DNA from: a virus
IMG/VR virus record: IMGVR_UViG_3300035670_000018
Location: 64,001 to 128,000 of that record
DNA: 64,000 nucleotides
Reading direction: 5' to 3' (one strand)
In this document: positions 57,421-64,000 of the stretch, in pieces
Layout: every line of letters begins with the position of its first letter
Position numbering within the stretch: the first letter of the stretch is position 1
Notes under the pieces: model-generated
The model's database searches: none
What the model was told of the DNA's origin: nothing
The model's input: only the letters and a program-made list of their open reading frames with translations
Translations under genes and position numbers: made by a program

Positions 57421-57495
57421 GCTTCTTTCGCCAAATGGGAAGGCATCGGTTTTACACACCGACATGACAAGGTTCGATTCCTTGAAGAAGCACCA
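57421..57495 (+). tRNA. tRNA-Val(TAC)
   Basis: TCGGT-TTTACAC-ACCGA. Confidence 0.9.
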
Positions 57496-57500
57496 TTAAT

Positions 57501-57582
57501 GCGAGTATGGTGAAATGGCAGACACACTTGCCTTAGAAGCAAGCGCGAAAGCATGGGGGTTCAAGTCCCTCTACTCGCACCA
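57501..57582 (+). tRNA. tRNA-Leu(TAG)
   Basis: CT-TAG-AA loop, GC-GAAA-GC variable arm. Confidence 0.92.
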
Positions 57583-57588
57583 ATCACT

Positions 57589-57662
57589 GCCTCTATAGTT
57601 CAAAGGCAGAACACGGCTTTGGTAAAGCCGAAACACAGGATCGTTACCTGTTAGAGGCACCA
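57589..57662 (+). tRNA. tRNA-Thr(GGT), T-loop ATCGTTA
   Basis: CGGCT-TTGGTAA-AGCCG. Confidence 0.85.
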
Positions 57663-57677
57663 TTTAGGAACTTAACA

Positions 57678-58175
57678 ATGATCAGAAAGAATATGGATTT
57701 AGACGAAGTTCGTGCATTCATCCAAGCACAATCTCCCGAAACAAAGATTTATCTAGGTGGCGACTCTGAACGCTTTCAGTTGAATGGTGTATGGATGGCT
57801 GACTACATCAACGTTGTCGTTGTTCATAAGAACGGCAAGAACGGTTGTCGTGTGTTCGGTTCTGTTGTGCGTGAGCGTGACTATGACCAGCAGAAGGACA
57901 AGCCACGTATGCGTCTCATGAATGAAGTAATGAAGACTGCACAGCTTTACCTTGATCTGGAAGAAGCTATCGGTGAACGTGACTTTGAAATTCATCTGGA
58001 CATCAATCCTGACTTGAAACACGGCTCATCTTGTGTTATAAATGAAGCTGTTGGTTACATTCGTGGTATGTGTAATGTGGTACCGCTAGTGAAGCCAAAT
58101 GCTTGGGCAGCATCTTACTGTGCTGACAGGTACAAGGACGCTATTCAACATATTCCACAAGTGAAGGTAGGATAA
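57678..58175 (+). CDS. RNase H-like YkuK/DUF458 family protein
   Basis: IYLGGDS, RLMNEV, EIHLDIN, KPNAWAASYCAD. Confidence 0.8.
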   Translation: MIRKNMDLDEVRAFIQAQSPETKIYLGGDSERFQLNGVWMADYINVVVVHKNGKNGCRVFGSVVRERDYDQQKDKPRMRLMNEVMKTAQLYLDLEEAIGERDFEIHLDINPDLKHGSSCVINEAVGYIRGMCNVVPLVKPNAWAASYCADRYKDAIQHIPQVKVG

Positions 58176-58179
58176 AATT

Positions 58180-58629
58180 ATGACTAAGTTTTTTGTTATG
58201 TTGGCAGTGATGGCTGCTGCAATCTTTATGCTTGCTACTGGCACTAGAGCAGGAGTTGAACCTCTTGGTGAGCATGAAGTGATTATTAGGATTGACAAGT
58301 CCGATCAGAAGATGTACGTAGAAACGCCTACTGATTATTTTGAGTGGGATGTTTCTACTGGTCGTAAGGGTTATCGTACTCCTGTTGGCGTGTTTCAGCC
58401 CTATCTTTTGAGACCGATGCATTACTCAAGCAAGTATAATAACGCGCCGATGCCTCATTCAATTTTCTTTCATGGTGGTTATGCAATTCATGCGACAACA
58501 GAAGTAAAGAAGCTTGGTCAACCCGCATCACATGGATGTATTCGTCTTAGCCCTCAGAATGCTCGTTGGTTGTATCGCATCGTAAACGAGTACGGCAAGT
58601 ATAATACATATATAGAGATTACAGAATAA
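58180..58629 (+). CDS. L,D-transpeptidase (YkuD family) with signal peptide
   Basis: VSTG..TP, GYAIH..LGQPASHGCIRL. Confidence 0.9.
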   Translation: MTKFFVMLAVMAAAIFMLATGTRAGVEPLGEHEVIIRIDKSDQKMYVETPTDYFEWDVSTGRKGYRTPVGVFQPYLLRPMHYSSKYNNAPMPHSIFFHGGYAIHATTEVKKLGQPASHGCIRLSPQNARWLYRIVNEYGKYNTYIEITE

Positions 58630-58633
58630 TATA

Positions 58634-58724
58634 GGAAGGATGGCCGAGAGGCCGAAGGCACCTCACTGCTAACGAGGCGTACCCTAATCAGGTACCGTGG
58701 GTTCGAATCCCACTCCTTCCGCCA
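58634..58724 (+). tRNA. tRNA-Ser(GCT)
   Basis: CT-GCT-AA loop, long variable arm, GCCA. Confidence 0.95.
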
Positions 58725-58739
58725 AATTATGGATTAGTT

Positions 58740-59429
58740 ATGGAATACGATGGCATTTTCTTTATCAATCATGCGCTGAAGGTAAATCAACTATCAGTGT
58801 ATTCAAATCAGGAGCGTTTCGAGCAAACACTTGAAACGCTCTCTTCTATTAACAAGTATTGTCCCAATAACAAAGTGTTCATCTTTGATTCGTCTCCTGA
58901 AAGACCTGATGTAGAATATTTTGAGGAACTTAGCAACAGAGGCTCAATCGTTTTCTACTCTGGTGAAGAACCGGATGTAAAACGATTTTCTCAACACGGA
59001 CAACGAAGTATTGCCGAATGCATCTCATTCATATACTTTCTAAGCTGGTTTCAAAAACAAGACTTTAAGGCCAAGCGCATCTATAAGCTGTCTGGTAGAT
59101 ACAGACTGAATGACAATTTCATTGTTGATGATGATCGGTATAAGGATGCATTTGTCTTTGCTAATGCTCTAGACTCATGGATGCCAAAGCACATGCAAGA
59201 GAGTATTGGAATTGATAAACTATTCAGACTTAGACTCTGGCATATGGACTACAATCTGTTAGGACTATTCTATATACAGCTTTCAAAAATCCTTCAAGAC
59301 TGTGCCAAATATCACATAGATGTTGAGCATAGCTATTATAAAAACTTGCATACATATAAGACAATTGAACTTGACAAAATTGGTGTATGTGGTAATATAG
59401 CACCAAGTGGAGAATATATTGATGAGTAA
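58740..59429 (+). CDS. hypothetical protein (glycosylation-island type)
   Basis: ERFEQTLETL, YKLSGRY. Confidence 0.6.
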   Translation: MEYDGIFFINHALKVNQLSVYSNQERFEQTLETLSSINKYCPNNKVFIFDSSPERPDVEYFEELSNRGSIVFYSGEEPDVKRFSQHGQRSIAECISFIYFLSWFQKQDFKAKRIYKLSGRYRLNDNFIVDDDRYKDAFVFANALDSWMPKHMQESIGIDKLFRLRLWHMDYNLLGLFYIQLSKILQDCAKYHIDVEHSYYKNLHTYKTIELDKIGVCGNIAPSGEYIDE

Positions 59430-60447
59430 AACGGTATTGATTACAGGCGGTGCAGGCTTTATTGCACATCATGTTGTAGATTGCTTCCTTAAAAACACCG
59501 ACTGGCATATTGTCACATTGGATAGATTGGACTATTCAGGCAATCTCAATCGTCTACATGAAGTCCTAGAAACATATCCTCATGAAACAAGAAAGCGCGT
59601 TCGGACAGTCTTTCATGATCTGAAGGCTGAACTGAATCCTCTTGTACAGAATTTCATTGGTGATCCAGATATCATTCTACATCTGGCCGCAGCATCACAC
59701 GTTGATAGGTCTATCACACATCCTCTAGAATTCATTACCGACAACATCATGGGTACAGCCAATCTTCTTGAGTATGCAAGACGACTGAACAATCTTGAAA
59801 TGTTCCTATACTTCAGCACAGATGAAATCTTTGGTGTTGCACCTCCAGGCGTTGCGTATAAGGAACGTGATCGCTACAACTCAACTAATCCATACTCTGC
59901 ATCAAAGGCTGGTGCAGAAGAACTATGCGTTGCATATGAGAATACATACAAGATGCCTATGATGGTCACTCACACAATGAATGTGTTCGGTGAGCGTCAG
60001 ACTCCAGAGAAGTTTATTCCGCTCTGTATCAAGAAGGTCATGCGCGATGAGACTGTGACCATTCATGCAGATGCAACAAAGACAAAGGCTGGTTCACGGT
60101 TCTATGTTCATGCTAAGGACGTGGCCGATGCGCTACTATTCTTGCTTCAGAACAATCCTCAGATTGAACCAGATTATGGTCTTGCAAAGTGTCGTAAGTT
60201 TAATATCGTTGGCAAAGAAGAAGTGGACAATCTATCTCTAGCTAAGATGATTGCAGCCGCTCAAGGCAAGGAACTAAAATATGAAATGGTCGACTTCCAT
60301 ACGTCTAGGCCTGGGCATGATTTGCGTTATGCTCTTAGTGGTGATCTTATGCGAAGCCTTGGTTGGGAACCTCGCGTGGCTCTAAGTGATCGCATTAAGG
60401 AAGTATCTGATTGGTACGTTAACAATACAAAATGGTTAGGACTGTAA
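59422..60447 (+). CDS. NDP-glucose 4,6-dehydratase (RmlB-like)
   Basis: TGGAGFI, SHVDRS, STDE, YSASK, RPGHDLRY. Confidence 0.9.
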   Translation: MSKTVLITGGAGFIAHHVVDCFLKNTDWHIVTLDRLDYSGNLNRLHEVLETYPHETRKRVRTVFHDLKAELNPLVQNFIGDPDIILHLAAASHVDRSITHPLEFITDNIMGTANLLEYARRLNNLEMFLYFSTDEIFGVAPPGVAYKERDRYNSTNPYSASKAGAEELCVAYENTYKMPMMVTHTMNVFGERQTPEKFIPLCIKKVMRDETVTIHADATKTKAGSRFYVHAKDVADALLFLLQNNPQIEPDYGLAKCRKFNIVGKEEVDNLSLAKMIAAAQGKELKYEMVDFHTSRPGHDLRYALSGDLMRSLGWEPRVALSDRIKEVSDWYVNNTKWLGL

Positions 60448-60448
60448 T

Positions 60449-61669
60449 ATGAATCAATGTGAAGAAATCAAAGAGTGTATCGCTTGTGGTAACACAAACT
60501 TAGAGCCATTGCTTGATCTTGGTTCTCAGCCACTAGCTAACTCATTCTTGAAGCATGAGAACGAACCTGAGAATTTCTATCCACTTGCAACAAACTATTG
60601 CAAAGATTGCTTTCATGTTCAGTTGACACACAAAGTCAATCCTGATCTTCTATTCAAGAACTATCTGTATGTGTCTGGCACTGCAAAGACACAGCTTGAA
60701 TACTTTGAATGGTTTGCTAAGTTTGTGTATGAGAGATGTGGTAATTTCAGAAGTGTAAAGGTTCTTGACATTGGTTGCAATGATGGATCACAGCTAGATG
60801 AATTAAAGTCTTATGGCGCTCATACCTTTGGTATTGATCCAGCTGAAAATCTTCATAAGCTAAGTTCCAAGAATCACGTTGTTCACTGTGCATATTTTGA
60901 TGGTACACAGTTTGCACCAAATGAATTTGCCGCTGTGATCTGTCAAAATGCATTTGCACACAACTACAATCAGCTTGAGTTTCTCAGCAACATGAAGAAG
61001 GTTGTTGATCCTGAAGGATATATCTATATCACAACATCACAAGCTGACATGATCTTGAATTGTGAGTTTGATACAATCTATCATGAACACCTCTCGTTCT
61101 ATAACATCAAGTCTATGAATGAACTGTGTAAGAGAGCCGGATTGTATATCCATGAAGTTGTGAAGCATCCAATTCATGGTACAAGCTTCATATTTGTTCT
61201 GACAAAGAACTCAGCTAAAAATCGTTCAGCATATGTTGAATTGCTTATTGAAGCTGAGAAGCGTATGGACTTACACAATCCAGAACTATATCAGAACTAT
61301 GTTGAAGAGTGTAAATACATCATTGAAAGCTTTGCCGAAACAGTAGCGCAAATGAAGAGTCAGTATAAGATTATTGGTTATGGTGCACCAGCTAAGGGTA
61401 ATACATTACTCAATGCTGCTAAGGTAAAGCTAGACTTTATCGTGGACGACAATCCATTGAAGCAAGGAACATTTACACCTGGTATACATATTCCTGTTTA
61501 TGGTTCAGATAAGCTGAAGGAATATAAAAACGATGATGTTGTCTTTGTTCCTCTTGCATGGAACTTCTTTGATGAAATCAAGAAGAAGATTACTGAAATG
61601 AGACCTAATCGTCTCGACATGTTTTTGAAAACTTATCCCCTAGTATATTTGGAATCAGCTAATGAATAG
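60449..61669 (+). CDS. NDP-hexose C-methyltransferase
   Basis: CxxC zinc site, LDLGSQPLAN, DIGCNDG, YHEH, YGAPAKG. Confidence 0.88.
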   Translation: MNQCEEIKECIACGNTNLEPLLDLGSQPLANSFLKHENEPENFYPLATNYCKDCFHVQLTHKVNPDLLFKNYLYVSGTAKTQLEYFEWFAKFVYERCGNFRSVKVLDIGCNDGSQLDELKSYGAHTFGIDPAENLHKLSSKNHVVHCAYFDGTQFAPNEFAAVICQNAFAHNYNQLEFLSNMKKVVDPEGYIYITTSQADMILNCEFDTIYHEHLSFYNIKSMNELCKRAGLYIHEVVKHPIHGTSFIFVLTKNSAKNRSAYVELLIEAEKRMDLHNPELYQNYVEECKYIIESFAETVAQMKSQYKIIGYGAPAKGNTLLNAAKVKLDFIVDDNPLKQGTFTPGIHIPVYGSDKLKEYKNDDVVFVPLAWNFFDEIKKKITEMRPNRLDMFLKTYPLVYLESANE

Positions 61670-62330
61670 AATTGAAGAACTGTTTGAAACAACTGAAAAG
61701 CCCTCTACAAAGTGGTCTGGATACTTTGATGTATACGAGAGACACCTATCAAAGTTTGTAGGCAAAGCACCAAAGATCCTTGAGATTGGTGTGCTTGGCG
61801 GCGGCTCAATTGAACTGTGGCTAAAGTATTTTGGTGCAGACACTAAGGTTATAGGTATTGACATTGATGAAAGATGCTTGAAATATACCTATGATGGTGA
61901 TGCAACTGTCATAATGGGTGATCAGAATTCTACTGAGTTCTGGCAAAAGTTCCTGCAAGATAATACAGACTTTGATATCATCATTGACGATGGTAGTCAT
62001 ATCATGGAACACCAGATAACTACTCTGCAACAAACATTTCCTCATCTACGTGAAGGCGGTGTTTATATTTGTGAAGATACACATACAAGCTACTGGCCAA
62101 GATGGAACGGCGAGTATGACAAGAAGGACACGTTCCTTTCATACTCAAAGTATGTCAGCGATATCATGAACCAGCAGCACTACAAGAATAAGATAGATGA
62201 AAATACACTGAAGACGTTTCATAATCTGTATGGTGTATCATTCTATAACAGCATGGTCGTATTTGAAAAAGAGCATTTGAAGCCTTTTGAAATCAGAGAC
62301 AACACCAAGCTTACAATTGGCATACGCTAA
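61662..62330 (+). CDS. class I SAM sugar O-methyltransferase
   Basis: LEIGVLGGGS, IIDDGSH, EDTHTSYW. Confidence 0.85.
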   Translation: MNRIEELFETTEKPSTKWSGYFDVYERHLSKFVGKAPKILEIGVLGGGSIELWLKYFGADTKVIGIDIDERCLKYTYDGDATVIMGDQNSTEFWQKFLQDNTDFDIIIDDGSHIMEHQITTLQQTFPHLREGGVYICEDTHTSYWPRWNGEYDKKDTFLSYSKYVSDIMNQQHYKNKIDENTLKTFHNLYGVSFYNSMVVFEKEHLKPFEIRDNTKLTIGIR

Positions 62331-62356
62331 ATACTGTGATGCAACAGGAGAAAATT

Positions 62357-62800
62357 ATGGAAGAAGTTCATAGCACACTAAAGATTGTTTTGGCTGATAC
62401 ATTTACAATGTACATGAAGACACATTCATTTCACTGGAACGTAATTGGTCCAAACTTTTCAGAGTATCATGCATTCTTTGGCACGTTGTATGAGGAACTT
62501 CATGCTGCAATTGATTTGATAGCAGAACAGATTCGTGCAGCAAACTCTTTTGCTCCTAGTTCTCTTGACCGTATCAAAGAACTAACACGTATTGAGGAAT
62601 CTGATACAATTCCAGCTGCTGATAGAATGTTTCAGATTCTCATCAACGATAACAACATTGTTCTAGATGCACTCAAGCAAGCATATGATGCTGCTGACAA
62701 GGCAGAGGAGTTAGGTCTTGCCAACTTTCTACAAGACCGTATGGACATTCATAAGAAGCACGGATGGATGCTTCGCTCTACAGCAGGCATGAAGTCTTAA
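62357..62800 (+). CDS. dps: Dps ferritin-like DNA protection protein
   Basis: HWNVIG..H..E..D..AEQIR; HKKHGWML. Confidence 0.92.
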   Translation: MEEVHSTLKIVLADTFTMYMKTHSFHWNVIGPNFSEYHAFFGTLYEELHAAIDLIAEQIRAANSFAPSSLDRIKELTRIEESDTIPAADRMFQILINDNNIVLDALKQAYDAADKAEELGLANFLQDRMDIHKKHGWMLRSTAGMKS

Positions 62801-64000
62801 ACTCTAGGAAGTGGTCCTGATACCATTTCACACCAACCAGTCTCTCTATCATAAGGCCACACGATCCACTTGTGTGGCCTTATTGTTGTCTCAAACTCTC
62901 TCCATATGTTGTAGAAGTTTCCTTCTACTTTCTTCAAGTCTGCAATTTCTTCTGGTGATAGATCGTATCTGTCTATGTCTTCACCCTGCTCATCCTGAAA
63001 TATGACTGCCCAAAATTCATGGTCTTTATCTTCAATTGATTCTTTCCATACATCTATGCAATGCCTAAACACATTCTTGTATGATGCATCGTATGCTTCC
63101 TGTGTTCTGTAGATAGGATTAGGAGGATCAAACTTCATCAATGTGTATTTCTGTACGGCTCTATCTTTAAATGAAATGCCCGCATATTCTTCATAGTCTT
63201 CAAGTGTTCGTACTGTGCCAAATCCATATTGTTCAAAATCATAATCAGCTTTATCATCATCTACACCAAGAAGCTGCTTCACTCTCTTCAATGACTTGAT
63301 GTTCAGTTCTTCCCACTTTTTGTTTTCATCCCAGTGCCTTACACGGTTCTTTCTAGTATACTCATGCCAGCATACAATCTCATTGGGTATGAATAGATCA
63401 TAACCTGCTGTATATGCTCTCACGGCCATGGATATCTCTTCGCCATGAAAATACAGATTTGGGTCGTATGGTACTTCTTCAATGAACTTACCAAACGTGA
63501 ATGCAAAATGTGCAGAGAAGAATCTGGTAGGTATTGGCATCTTGCGTGTCTCAATATTCTGAACAGATTCAGGCAACATGAATATTACACCCTCAGGAGT
63601 AAATCTATCAAATGTCAGTTTCCATACTTCTTTTGTTCTACCAGCTGGATCATTATCTGGATCATAAGAAGGAACATATGCTGTCAGCAGAGGCTTTTCA
63701 TATCCAGATTCAATGAGTTTGTCTATCATTGCTTTACACTTGGTATCCCAGCCTCTTACGAACCTGTGATGACTATCAAGCTGAAGAGTATACTTTTCGC
63801 CAGAGTAATGCTGATTGAGAATGCTTCTGGCCCAGCAAGTGCCTAGACCATCTTTGTAGTCAATGTCTATGATCTTGAATCTAGGGTCATCTTTATATGC
63901 ATCAAGATTGTCCCACTCATCTTCTTTTGACCTCTGCCAAGCTATGGCAAATACCAAGTCTTCCGGATTGTCTGCTCGTTTGATGCAATTGCGTATTGTT
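62797..64000 (-). CDS. GT60-like (Skp1 hydroxyproline GlcNAc-transferase family) glycosyltransferase, 5' end outside window
   Basis: WARS, LQLDSHHRF, VPYDPNLYFHGEE. Confidence 0.75.
   Translation of the reverse strand, partial: TIRNCIKRADNPEDLVFAIAWQRSKEDEWDNLDAYKDDPRFKIIDIDYKDGLGTCWARSILNQHYSGEKYTLQLDSHHRFVRGWDTKCKAMIDKLIESGYEKPLLTAYVPSYDPDNDPAGRTKEVWKLTFDRFTPEGVIFMLPESVQNIETRKMPIPTRFFSAHFAFTFGKFIEEVPYDPNLYFHGEEISMAVRAYTAGYDLFIPNEIVCWHEYTRKNRVRHWDENKKWEELNIKSLKRVKQLLGVDDDKADYDFEQYGFGTVRTLEDYEEYAGISFKDRAVQKYTLMKFDPPNPIYRTQEAYDASYKNVFRHCIDVWKESIEDKDHEFWAVIFQDEQGEDIDRYDLSPEEIADLKKVEGNFYNIWREFETTIRPHKWIVWPYDRETGWCEMVSGPLPRV

Overview
64 kb of a large T4-like (Tevenvirinae/Kyanoviridae-grade) myophage genome, almost all on the + strand. 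An alphaproteobacterial host is likely, based on the tRNA-His without G-1 and with A73, CTTGA..CYATAT-type promoters and a ROSE-type thermometer. Core genes: gp3, uvsY, uvsW, gp55, gp47/46, gp1, gp45/44/62, regA, gp43, uvsX, gp41. Several free-standing homing endonucleases have late promoters and translation-blocking hairpins. Accessory content: a glycosyltransferase/FkbM DNA-modification locus, a CobS/CobT pair, a putative R-M pair, two sugar-nucleotide/glycosyltransferase islands (including a probable GDP-fucose/colitose pathway), and an ~8 kb tRNA array (about 28 canonical plus 3 atypical tRNAs in the window) interleaved with unexplained structured RNAs. Most notable: (1) a leader-peptide transcription attenuator in front of the main tRNA array, whose 28-aa peptide uses 18 of the 20 amino acids and could sense general translation failure; (2) two tRNA-Arg genes that lack a D-arm but carry the D-loop sequence 3' of the anticodon arm with covarying pairings, and are the only Arg tRNAs in an otherwise 20-amino-acid set; (3) other remodelled tRNAs, a duplicated covarying pseudoknot RNA, and a four-copy operator-like motif phased upstream of early promoters. 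All calls were made by eye, without database searches.
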